From NCBI GenBank assembly GCA_963924565.1, contig OZ004614.1:26040001-26104000 (forward strand): a stretch of 64,000 bases of DNA, given 5' to 3'. Position numbers and translations under genes: made by a program. The notes beneath the pieces were generated by a model, which was not told the origin of the DNA, made no database searches, and worked only from the letters and a program-made list of their open reading frames with translations. Below are positions 53,401 to 64,000 of the stretch, piece after piece (the stretch's first letter is position 1; each line of letters starts with the position of its first letter). Source of the stretch: Ascidiella aspersa (taxonomy: Eukaryota).

Positions 53401-56400
53401 AACATTTAGCTTCCAGTTATTTTGTTATCCATTTCTACAATTTATAAGTTGATGAAAATCGTAGAGTTGTTCTTCCACCTATTAAACAAGCTGCTTTATA
53501 AAGCCATAATGCCAACTTTTACAATTACATTAAGATTTCTTGCTTCCCATATTATTGAAGCTGTACAGTAAATATATTCCATGGGTCAGTGGTTCAAACC
53601 CCGCCTCAACCAATCACGACTGTTACCTTGCAGGCCGGGCCGACATGTTCCCCAAAATGACGTGGGGAACCCCGATGCCCCCCCAAACCCCCTTCACGTA
53701 CCCCCCTTACAAGAAGATCGGCCACCTTGCGGTCATGGGATCTACGATGAGTATTGAGGCCAAATCCTACAACTTCCCCCAAACCGAGATCACCAGCTCG
53801 AGAACCGCGCGCGTTGCAGACAATGGGAGCATTGTGACGTCACGGAGCCTGCCCGTTGACGGGGGAACCCCCCGATTTTTAGTGAGTTTATATATTTTTT
53901 TAAATTAAAATTTGCAGCGTTTTTTTTATTTTTTTCAATGAAGTAATATATTTAACTCACAAAAAACAATTGTTGGAATACCTTTAAAATACCTAAACAA
54001 CGTTTGCTTTAAAGCTTTAGGGATCTAAACACCACATGACGTCACACGCACGCCAGTGCCGACGTTAAGTTAAACTTGCGTCACATATATTCATGTTTGT
54101 TTGTTTATTTTACCCCCTCCCCCCCTCAAAATATTTTAAACTTTTGTATATTCACTTTTTTCTCCAGCCCAGCGCCATTCGCGATCGCCTGAAGACACGT
54201 TCGGCAAAATCCCGGGGTGGTTTCACTTCTGTGTCACTAGATGGCGCCCCTGTGTCCTCCTTTCCGTCACGTGACTCATGGAAGCTCCGCACTGACACCG
54301 TGCGGCGGAAAGGAGGTGAGAAAAGTTTGCTAAAAACAGTTTTTGCCGATTAAGTAAGTCAGGTATAATAAGCTGGGTTTATTTAATTTCAGTTTGTAAA
54401 CAGGTTAGTCTCGGTCTTAGCCCCCATTAATCCTAAATAGCAAATTATGTCGCATTTTGTTTGTACAAAAGTAAATGTGGAATTACAAAAATAGGTTAAA
54501 AAATTACATTACAGCAATATTTAGCCAAAGCCGAAAACCAAAGAAATAATATATTTTAAATTTTTCTTTCGGAAAGATTTTAATAACGCTCAACTTTTAG
54601 TTGAGTCATTAAAACAGACATGAGGCAAAATGTTGTTAATATGGTTCGGAATGTAAAATAATTAACGACGATTGATATGTATTGAAAAAGTATATAAACA
54701 TTTCGGAAAATAAAAATTAAATTAAACAATTAAATAACTTTATTCTTATTAAAAAAATTTATCGTTTTTTTTTCAGCCGCGATTTCGATCCACGTGTCGG
54801 TCGATGACGTCACACTTCCGGCTCACCCCTCTATGACGTGGGGTTCTAGCTTGCACGTGAGTGGCCAGCAGTTGAGGGAGAGGGTGGGGAGGGTTTTCTT
54901 CACCCACGTCACAAACGAGTCGCGTGTTCTCTGCCGAACAATCGACCGGTGAGCAATTAGGAGTGTACGATAGTATCGTATCGTCACCCATAACCGATAC
55001 CAAGTGTTAGTATCTGTAGTGGTATTTCTTGGTTGAACACACTTGTTTTAATACCACTTATAACTCGTGATTCCAGCAATCATAATTTGCGATTTGCATA
55101 TTGCTCGCAGTCATGGTCTAATCAAAGAAATAGCAATTTGTAAAGTTTATGAGTCCACAGCGCAACATGTTAAAGTGTGCATAAAATACCTTTGGGCTGA
55201 ATAAAGTTCCTTAAAACAATCAAAAACATTGCAAGCCGGATAGAACTTAAAAAGCGTAATTTTTAAAGCAGTTGGTTTAAAAAATGTTTTTTTGGATTTA
55301 GTTCCAGCGCTCGCTTAAAAGGTGCTAAAATTAGGTTAACAATTGGATAGAAAATTAATATAGACTTATTCGAAACGTTCACAAAATGCCACCTATTTCT
55401 GTATGGGCTTTGATATTCATTCTACGTCTAACTACAACCATTATGCTCCAAAACTATATTTTATTTTGCATTTTTCAAGAATCGAGAGAATCCGTGGTTT
55501 GGTGGTGGAGAACGCCCTCAAGCGGATTGGCGGTGGCGGGAACGGCATAGAAATCACAAGTTCCCAGTTGGTGTTCCAATGCAGATGTCTTCACCCCGAG
55601 ACCGTAGAGCAACTGTGGCTTCTCTATCAGGTGTGTTTATATATTTTGGATAGTTTTTCGTATTTAACATTTTTAAGGTTGCAAACACCGTTTAAAAACA
55701 ATAGAAGAATCTTAATAGTTTAAAAACTATTTGAAGCAAAAATGGAGTATTTTTAGATCCAGTCTGTAGTCGTAGTGAATTGCCACCATATAAAGACACC
55801 CCCATACAGAGACAGGAACTAAACATACTTTATTTTTGCTCCAAAATAGTTCTTAAACTTTTAGGTTTTCTTCATTGTTTTAAACGGTACTTGAGCAATT
55901 AAGAAACACAACATTTGAATCTAAATTTAAGGTGGAGTGTTAACTTTGCAGCATTTTTTCAATCAATTTTTTATGGTGTCACATACACAATAAAAAAAAA
56001 ATATCAATGTAAAAAGGAACTACTACAGTAGGCGACGGTTCACTATGATACGTAAGCCGTAATCGTTGGTGCGCAGTTGTTAAACACGCAAGTTTCTTTC
56101 CTTGACCTCATTTATCTCACAGTTTGCAGAAAACAACGCTTTGGTTTCTTCTTTAAGGTGTTTAAACTTCATTTCAGCTTCACGTTTATTGGGCCAAATA
56201 ATGTTTCCAAGTCTACTTGTTTTATAACGTTATTTTAATAATTGAGTGCCGATCCTGGTCTTTCAGTACACTTTAATAAAATAAAATAAAATAAAATCAG
56301 GTAAAAAAAATGCGATTCATAAAAGGTCAACGGGAAACAAAAAATAAAAAGCGAATAATTTTTTTGATTTGTTTAAAAGGCTTAACTCGTCAAAAGGTAA

Positions 56401-59400
56401 AATTAAGATTAATCTGATTCAGTTCACAGCTTAATTGTTTTGCAGAGCGGTCAACTGCGGGAGAACTTCCAGGCAGGTTTGGTGACGAAGCGAGCGAGGC
56501 AAGCTTGTGCGGTCGACTTCATCCAACTGAGGACTTCCATCACTGAAGAGGAGTACAGGAGAGCTCTTGGTCTTCTAAGGAGGAAACCGATGCCCAACAC
56601 TAAATCAGGTCAAACAGTAGATCAGGGTTCAGTCCTTCGGGAGTCGTACTGACCAACAAAAACGACACAAATATATACAGTACACTACATGCCCTCCGAA
56701 AAGTATTCAAAGCTGACCATAGAATGTATATGGAATTTTTACTTCCTGATTACGGGTTGTTGGCCCATGCAAACGAGGTTTTATGTGCGAACATGATGCA
56801 GCAGGCAACAGTGTTAGGGTTGTTTCTCGACTTGCTCCCCTCTGAGCCTGTGTAGCTCAGTTGGTAGAGCGACGGTCCCGGTATGACCGAGGTCGTGAGT
56901 TCGAACCTCACCACAGGTTACTTATACAAACGGTTGTTTCTCGACTTGTGTGTAAAAACTCAGTTGGTGTAGCGACGGTCCTGGTTTGACCCAGGTTGTG
57001 AGTTCGAACCTCACCACAGGCTAGTTTCATTTACAGGACGCAGCTGCTAGCTCAGTTGGTATAGACCAGTGCTTCTCAACCTTTTTTCGTGGCGACCCAA
57101 ATATTAGGCGTAAGTATGACGACTGAGCTTTGGCGACCCAATTGTTTTTCTTGTAAGCGAACTAAAAACTAGCTTCTTGTAAGCGAACAAAAAATAAGCA
57201 TTAGCATAAAGAATTTCGAATTTTAATAATTATTCTAAGACATTATTTGTATTGCTTCCTTAATTTTCTTAATTTTCCAAATTTCTTTCTCAGAACCAAT
57301 CTCAATTATTATAAACATGTGAGCTACTGCAGTCGGCGGCCCAACCAAATCAAACAGCGACCCAATTTGGGGTCGCGACCCATAGGTTGAGAAGCACTGG
57401 TATAGAGCGACGTTTTTTAGGTCTTTGAAAAGCTATAAACTTTCTAAAAATCTTTGAATGTCTATTTCGCTAGTGTGTAATTTTGCTACATTCTCCCCAT
57501 TCATGTTATGATTACGCATCATTAATTATTGATGACGTCATCATTAGGTCGGTTCCACGTCACCAGCGGCACAGCGGGTGTGGTGGGGGGAGGAGGGTCG
57601 TTGGCGCATGCGCAAAACCGAGCCCTGATGTCAGTGACGAGATACTTGAAGCTTCCCGCTCCAATGCCCAACACACAGGTGGTTGTAGTATAATGCTGAG
57701 TGTGATTGTTTTTGTAATTTTCAACAGGAGTTTCGTGGGACATCACAATGGACTTTTTTGTTTTAATATAAGAACTATAAAACACTGCTGGGACTCATAA
57801 AGTCAAAACTGTGTGTTTTTCGTATTATTTTAACTAAATCAGTTTCTGTTGGACTGCGTATTAAAAATTAAACGATTTGCAAAACTTTCAATGAAACTCT
57901 GGACTCAATACCAGATCTAAGTTAAGTTGTTTGCCAAAAGAATTAAGTCAAGTTAAGTCTAGTCATTGACTTAAGTCATTCCAACACTGCTGATTTGGTT
58001 AGTCACTTCAAATATCCCGGTTTAAAGTTTGGTTTATGACGTTCTTTAGCAACGTAACAATGGTCGTATTGTTGCAGAACCCTCCCCCGAACCCCCCAAC
58101 AACTTCGATGGCGGGAAACGAACCGGGGAGCAAAACTTTGGCGTCGAAATCGAAACCTCGTCCAACTGGAAATCTTCTGCATAAGGTGAGGACAACAAGT
58201 GAATACTTAAACTTATTTAATCCAGTAGCCCACTATACTTCATTCTGTACAAACTTATAGTGTTTTGCCACTTTTGCTTCGCACAAACTCGATTTAAACG
58301 AACCTACTTTGCCGAAGCGTCCTTTGAAACACAATTAAATTAATCCACTTCCTTGTCTGATATTAAAAAATACAGTATTTACGGCAGCCTCTATTTTTCA
58401 TTGAAATAAACTTCATTAAACTCCACAAAAATTCTGCCACTACTAGTTACACAGGTTGAAAGTAGGTAGCATTTTGTGAACTTTTTGAATAAATGTTTAT
58501 TTATTTTTAACATGGTCCACATGTTGATATTCTTACTACGTGTAACCTCCAACCAAACTCTTTTGTTACTCGCTGTGAATTGTGTCACAAAAGAAAGCAT
58601 TCTTTAGTCGTTAGACTACCACCTAAATATAGTTAAATCAAAAAAGTGCATCCTTCGATTATTCACGTAACAAAGCGTTTATGACGTAGGTGCTTGTGAA
58701 GGAGCTAGAGGGGCTCAGACAGCGACTGCGCATGTGCGAAGACGACTGGTGCGAGTTTGCCGCCAACCACATGGCCGTCATGCTCCGCTGCGCAAGCCAC
58801 GTGATGCAGAGGCGGGTCGTTGGCGCCACCACGCAGATGCAACGCACGCCGAGATGCACTTCGATAAGGTGAGTGCTTTGTGTGTTTTTGCCTGCATTAT
58901 CTGTACGCCCCACGCCCCTGTTGGGAGTAATCCGCCTTTTTATGGTTGCTAGCTATGTTTTTGTTAAGATGGGGGAGAGTATTATTCTTATACTTATACC
59001 TACAAAATCTATTTTCTTGTGCCACTTTTGCTGAGTTTGGTTTAGTAGTGTCAACCATTAGGATTTATTACAGTTGTAGTGTCACTTGACTTTCAGCTAA
59101 CAAATAAAACAACTGCTGGACCCTAATTAAACCGTACTTGAACTTTCCAGTTTACTTAGCTTGTTGCGAAACTTAGTCGCTTTTCCAGCAAAAACTAAAT
59201 CAAACATTCCAAAGTGAAATGCATTTCAAAATATTATTACATTTTCTTTAGAATTTATTTTTTTCTTCATAACTTAATTTTTTCTTAAATATTTTTTAAT
59301 TTCTTCCAGCTTACTTTGGTCGCTATACAAAGTTCTTAAGTCCAGCAACAAATCCACCCCTCCAAACAAAGGGGTTTCCCCCCGCGCCCCAGCCCACCCC

Positions 59401-60706
59401 GCGCATCACAGCAGCATCGCGCTTTACCCCAGTGACGTCACGTTCTCGGGCGTCGACCTGATGACGTCAGTGGACGATGACGATGACGTCATCAAGCTCC
59501 GCAAGCAAGAGGAACGCGACTTCGTGCGCGGGTTTGCGAAGTTTTGCGGTTTGATCGGGGAAATTGCGGCTTGTAGAGTCGCTTTGCAGGAGAAGATTGT
59601 GGCGAGGTTGACAACCAACCCGACTGTAGCTCCTTCCAAGCACCTTTACCTCGCTAAGGTCAGTAAATATTACACCAATACACACATTATAGATGTAGGT
59701 TGAAACTAACCCGACTGTAGCACATTTATTTCGCTGGTGTTAGCGTGAAATGATTTAAACACAACCCTATTGCAGGGGCGGATCCAGGGGGTACGTGGCC
59801 ACGCCCCCCCTCAAACTGCATCTTTTTGCCTATTTTAATTACATAAATGCAAACAATTGTCTACGTTTCTAGTATGTAAAACCCTAGTCATGGAAAAGAT
59901 GATTTAAACTCATTCCCTCCCCCACTTTAGGACGTTTACAGTCTGATGGAGCGTTGGCGCCACCTGCTGGGCCGTGAGTTCCACTTCGCCCAGGATGAAC
60001 TCGTCCAGCGATTCAGCAAGAGAATCCTCTCGGATGAAGTTGTGTCGTCATCCTTCGATCCAGGACTTCAGGATCAGTTCCCGGGCATCATCGCACTTCT
60101 TCCAACAATGTTCCACATCTCAGAGCAAATCCTGAACAAAGTAAAGGATCTCATACCAAGAGCAGGTAAGCAAAAGTTTTAGTAAAAGTTAAGGTGTTCA
60201 AAATCACAGACCTGGATATTCGAAATTATCAAAAGGTTTTTCATCTTGTTTGAGACTTTCTCAGTTCTACGCAGAATAAATATCAAAGCCCATCGAGAAT
60301 TAGGAGCATTTTGAACGTTTCAAATAAATAATTCGATATGCTACTTCTGTGTGGGCTTTGATGTTCAATCTACGTCTAACTACAACCTCCAACCCTTATG
60401 CTCCAAGCTTTCTCAGATTTATTTGTGTTTTATTTATTTATTTCACGACAATCAGGTGGCAGTCTTACGACTGGAGAATACATTTTGTCGACGGGTAACA
60501 CCAGTTTTCAGGAACAACACGTTAACAATGAATCAATAAAGTACACTGAGAGGAATTTACATCAAAATCTACGAGAATCAACAGGAAGTGATGCTAACCC
60601 CCACAATGCTTTGCGCGCAGAAGTTCCGTCAAAGAACCGGATGTACTCCTCGGTGGGGAATCCCCGAAACAGCTCCCGCCATCTTTCCATCTGGCTCAGC
60701 GCGTGA
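41432..60706 (+). CDS. Uncharacterised ~1020 aa protein with an N-terminal death-domain-like region and a central TRADD-N-like motif, 20 exons
   Basis: Exons 41432-41459, 44125-44251, 47838-48003, 48986-49127, 49951-50045 (GC donor), 50739-50843, 51243-51389, 51812-51991, 52979-53081, 53634-53881, 54168-54315, 54777-54948, 55480-55630, 56446-56608, 57548-57678, 58078-58185, 58690-58868, 59310-59658, 59931-60165 and 60621-60706 total 3063 nt in one open frame. Death-fold pattern: FLSDVSMHLRRRDLRMLLGYIGLTSREVDSM...FMEQRRGAMKRWWE...LLRKLWKSLQACGLNRVVEDL. Second motif: LVFQCRCLHPETVEQLWLLYQSGQLRENFQAGLVT...LRTSITEEEYRRAL. Confidence 0.75.
42077..42288 (-). repeat. Two tandem tRNA-like repeats (42077-42150, 42215-42288; period 138 bp)
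   Basis: Same family as 18175-18249; B box GTTCGAACC intact; shares flanking sequence with the other copies. Confidence 0.75.
42418..42857. mobile_element. Non-autonomous CACTA/EnSpm-like element with many TACCCAA/TTGGGTA subterminal motifs
   Basis: Termini CACTGTT...AACAGTG with more than 10 TACCC/GGGTA motifs in both orientations. TSD not evident. Confidence 0.5.
45797..46204. mobile_element. hAT-type MITE
   Basis: Ends TAGTGTTTCTCAA / TTGAGAACCACTG; TSD TTCATAAT/CTCATAAT (7/8). Confidence 0.65.
46656..47697. repeat. 57-bp tandem minisatellite, ~18 near-identical copies, in intron 2 of the death-domain gene
   Basis: Unit GTCCGATAATATCGGATCGGAGCCGATACCCGATDCCAAGTGGTDGTATCGGTACTC; it generates the 19-aa periodic ORFs on both strands. 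Confidence 0.97.
48310..48450. repeat. Member of an abundant dispersed repeat family (AAAGCCCATA...GTAGCATTTTGAACGTTTCG)
   Basis: Similar segments in both orientations at ~16570-16625, 18390-18490, 37250-37470, 55365-55440, 58450-58500 and 60280-60390; probably MITE termini. Confidence 0.6.
49630..49821. mobile_element. Palindromic MITE (fold-back)
   Basis: ~67-bp imperfect inverted arms (ATAGGTTAATC...GACAAGCTTTCCGCACAAC / GTTGTACGAAAGCTTGTC...GATTACCCTAT); partial relative at ~35540-35650. Confidence 0.65.
52870..52975. repeat. Short tandem repeat (~22 bp, TTTGATGACGTATGTTGTTACG) abutting a splice acceptor
   Basis: Three good and two degenerate copies end at the acceptor of exon 52979. 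Confidence 0.75.
56846..57023 (+). repeat. tRNA-like repeat (56846-56919) plus a degenerate tandem copy
   Basis: GCCTGTGTAGCTCAGTTGGTAGAGCGACGGTCCCGGTATGACCGAGGTCGTGAGTTCGAACCTCACCACAGGT; second copy at ~56950-57023. Confidence 0.75.
57067..57399. mobile_element. hAT-type MITE inserted into a tRNA-like repeat fragment
   Basis: 16-bp TIRs CAGTGCTTCTCAACCT/AGGTTGAGAAGCACTG; TSD GTATAGAC/GTATAGAG (7/8). Related decayed copies at ~13120-13424 and ~53150-53400. Confidence 0.85.
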
Positions 60707-63073
60707 CGTCACTTCCTGGTTATGACGTCACACCACTTCCGGTCGCTGCCCGCCAAAGAATATCCGATAAAAGATGTTTAGTTACAGTTTGGTTTGTGAA
60801 GAATCACACTTACCGGACAAATCCCATGATATTCCTAGTACTTCGGAAACCAATACACGTTTTATAGTTATTTACTAAATTCCTTTCCATTAGTATTTTT
60901 ATTGAAATTCCAGGAGCTGTTTTAAGTATTGTCATCTTTCCAGTCCCATATTGTGCGAAGAGTTAACTCCTGACTCACACTTTCAAAACGTTTTTAGAAA
61001 ACCTAGTTATCTGTTTCAAAGTCCTTGCGATGCTTATAGCAGTTGTTTATCTACAACTGCCCAGAACTGCCTTTAAGTAGTTTTGAAACATTGTTGTCAG
61101 GTTCTATTGGTGTTCGACAAATTATTGGCTGGAAATTTGTCAAATTATATAACGCCCCACCCTACCACACTACACTAGTTTGTTACATTATCTGACACAT
61201 GTGCAGCATAAATTCAAAAGTCAGAGATATAACAGTTTATTTCAAATATAAACTACTACCAGGCATAATCAAACAGCTCCACTAACTACCAGAGGAGTAT
61301 GATGGAACATTCGGAGGAATTGACTTTGGCTTTAAATGTTGATATTTGTTGCGTTTTTGTGAGATGTATTATAAGAGAAGTTGAAGTATGTCGTGGTTGT
61401 GAAACGGAGGAACTTAGACAACCATAAAACACGAACATTGAAAACATTCAATGAGATCACCACCAAGTAAAGTAAGAACTGGGTATAAATCTATACATTT
61501 TCCATATTTAGACACTGAATTAATATATAAGAATCAAGACAAGCCAAGTGCCAACATTAGTATTTTAATCTACGCAATATTTCAAATAAAATGTAGCTGA
61601 TACCGTTTGAATGGACATTTATTAAGCGTGAAGTAACTGATCAACAAAGCATAAAATGATAACCTTGCTTATATTGTTCCGAGCAAAATGAACAAGTGTA
61701 GAAATGGATGATAAATCATAAAAAGTTCCTTGATTGATACAAAAATGTTGTTGAATCCCATAAAGCAAAACAGATTTAGTGAATTTATGCAGCAACATTT
61801 CCTGTCAAGGCCGCCTCTATAAATATATAAGGATAGTAGTGTGAATCGAACAAAACACAAACTAAATATTAATATTTTATCAGCTATAGCGGGGTAAACG
61901 TTTTTAATCCATTTCTAGCACGTTTAAAAGCGCTACCAGTCAGTTGATACGCGCGTTTATTTATTTAAGGTTGTTTGTTTAAAAAAAATCTTGATTGCGC
62001 CACAGTCGTTTAAATTAAGCTGGAACGGTCCGGAAGGCGTTCGGTAAAATAGGTTTTGCAGATACGCCGTACCGGTAAAAAAATTTACTAGGGCATTTGC
62101 TTGAATGTATTCAAACTCGAACGATAATCTCGTGTTTCCTAAAGTTACTTATTTTAAACATCCCATTATGACGTAACTTTGTGATCTTAATAAAATGCCC
62201 ATACGTTCTGGTACGAATTGAACTTCGACCCCTGCTAGAAACTTACAAAGTAATTGGCCACCAAACTCCGCAAAAAAGCTAAGCACAAATAATTATGACC
62301 AGCAGAAAATAAAAGTTGCCGCAGTTCAAACTCTAGAACTTTAAATATAAAAAGCATAATTGAAAACAGCGCACTAACATAGAAACTACACGTTTTCCGC
62401 GGTAAACAATTCGCCACAACCTAAAAAATGATTTCTGCAAAAACCCTCGCCAGCAGGGTTAAGGCTGTTGCGAGGCTACAACCACGTGATCAATGCGCGG
62501 GAAATAATTCAAATGACGCAAAAGTTTAACCGCATGAGTGGTTCGTTGCGATACACAAGAACAAGAAATACACACAGTGAAGAAAATCCGGAAATATACG
62601 GCCGTTTGTAGATTGCACTTGGATCGACTTTTTAGAGGCGAACAGTTCAAAAAATACCTCATTTTTAAAGAACATTTTTGATGTTTAACCACAACAATAA
62701 TAAAAATGCGGAAAACTATAAAAAATGAACTTCTATTTTTGATTCTTGAAAATTTTAAGTTAGAATTGGTTTTCGAATGCTTTTTCATCAAATATTACAG
62801 TAAGTTGCCCATTTATTTGCTAAACTTCACCAGGTTGGTTTGACATTGGGGAAACACTTCAGTGGATGTTCGCTCGATTTAGGCGTTGTGACGTCATACA
62901 GCTGACACAGTGACGTAATAAAAATAAAATGCCCTTTAGTCGGCAACACACATTAACAAAATCGAACCGCTTTAAAATCCACCGAGTTACGTCATCAAAC
63001 GTTTGGAACAGTTTATGACATCATGGAAATGCACAAAACCGTCAGTGACGTCATAAAAATGTTGTCGACGTCA

Positions 63074-63720
63074 TCAACACTCTGAATCTTCGGCGAAGAG
63101 CTGATCGTAATGCTGAAGCAGCATCAACGTGAAGTTGTTGATCGGTGACATGGCAACCAATGACGCAACCTGTGACGTCATAAAATATGCTTATTTATTC
63201 GGCGTGACGTAACAATGCAGAAAAAGTGTACAATTGGCTGGAATATCCGACTTAAGGGTAAAAAAATTAATTATGAGGTAAAAAATGGAACCTTCAGGGT
63301 CTAAGAGGCAAAATAAAAAACTATGGGTAAATATAAACGAGATTCGTGTAAAAACTTTCATATTATGAACAAGTATGAATTGCAAAGTCAAAAAAGTCGA
63401 GTAGATCGACATCATCTTAATAAACTTGTATCATCTTTAGTTAATGCGACTGACAACTAAATCAAAGTATCACTTATAAAAGGTGGGACGTAATTGTTAT
63501 CATGATTAGAACAATTTCTGTTCACTGACCTCATCGCTTGACCACACCAGGTTTGGCCCGAACACCACGGAGAGGTTACTAGCGGTCATCTTGTTGACCT
63601 CTGACCTCGAGGTGACCTTGACCAGGAAGTCGAGCAGGTACTTTAGCGCCGCGTAGTTGTCACGTGGAAGCTTTTGAAGCAGAGATGAAACAACCCGAAC
63701 TCGAGTGTCGGGTTCAACGT
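63074..63720 (-). CDS. Rho GTPase-activating protein, ARHGAP1/ARHGAP8-like; last two coding exons (gene continues past the window end)
   Basis: Exons 63720-63530 and 63169-63074 read LLQKLPRDNYAALKYLLDFLVKVTSRSEVNKMTASNLSVVFGPNLVWSSDE|VASLVAMSPINNFTLMLLQHYDQLFAEDSEC*. This is the RhoGAP C-terminal signature (NKMT..NL.VVFGPNL), with the PIN.FT..LL.H...LF tail typical of p50RhoGAP/BPGAP1. Confidence 0.88.
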
Positions 63721-64000
63721 CTACAAGGTCAAGCAAAGATCAAATAAAAAAAAGCCATTTTAATTAAAATCAAGCGCTAAAGCTGGACAAAGTGTGTAAA
63801 TATTAAAGCACAAAAATATGGGACGCTATGGTAACAACTAAAACTCTAATATTCGGTGTGGATTAACGGTGTAAGTTGTTTCGCATTTAACGAAAAAATA
63901 TTTCTAGTAATTTATAATACCGAAGACTCAAATATTCATCCAAAACGACATTGGTCAGAAACCAGTCACGGCTAAAGAAGATTTTTATTATGTTGTACAC

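Noticed and set aside
56846-56919. Functional tRNA-Thr(GGT) gene
   Set aside because: C at position 33, an extra base before the anticodon stem, an anticodon atypical for eukaryotes, and many degenerate copies; treated as a repeat.
1-64000. Prokaryotic-type systems (operons, defence islands, prophage)
   Set aside because: Spliceosomal exon-intron structure and metazoan gene families throughout.

Overview
AT-rich, intron-rich animal genomic DNA, most likely a tunicate/ascidian (inferred from compact GT-AG genes, dense MITEs and abundant TGACGTCA). Most ORFs in the supplied track are spurious; the gene models below were built by hand-splicing. Left to right: (1) a 3-exon achaete-scute class-b (ASCL3/4/5-like) bHLH gene (minus, 6305-9657) amid GC-rich non-coding islands; (2) a 5-exon THEG/SPMAP2-like gene (plus, 21663-25552) with an X-box-like site upstream; (3) a gene absent from the ORF track, a ~190-200 aa secreted prepropeptide (minus, ~27171-30980) with a signal-like N-terminus, KR/KR/RR sites and two tandem peptides resembling the secretin/glucagon/GHRH/VIP/PACAP superfamily, plus a candidate TATA/CCAAT/CRE/X-box promoter; (4) a 20-exon ~1020 aa uncharacterised protein (plus, 41432-60706) whose N-terminal death-domain-like region is split by a frame-neutral 223 aa five-exon cassette, followed by a TRADD-N-like motif; (5) the last two exons of an ARHGAP1/8-like RhoGAP (minus, 63074-63720). 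Repeats include hAT-type MITEs with TIRs and 8-bp TSDs, a tRNA-like repeat family, a 57-bp minisatellite and several long hairpins. The prepropeptide gene is the top candidate. All exon models are unverified predictions.
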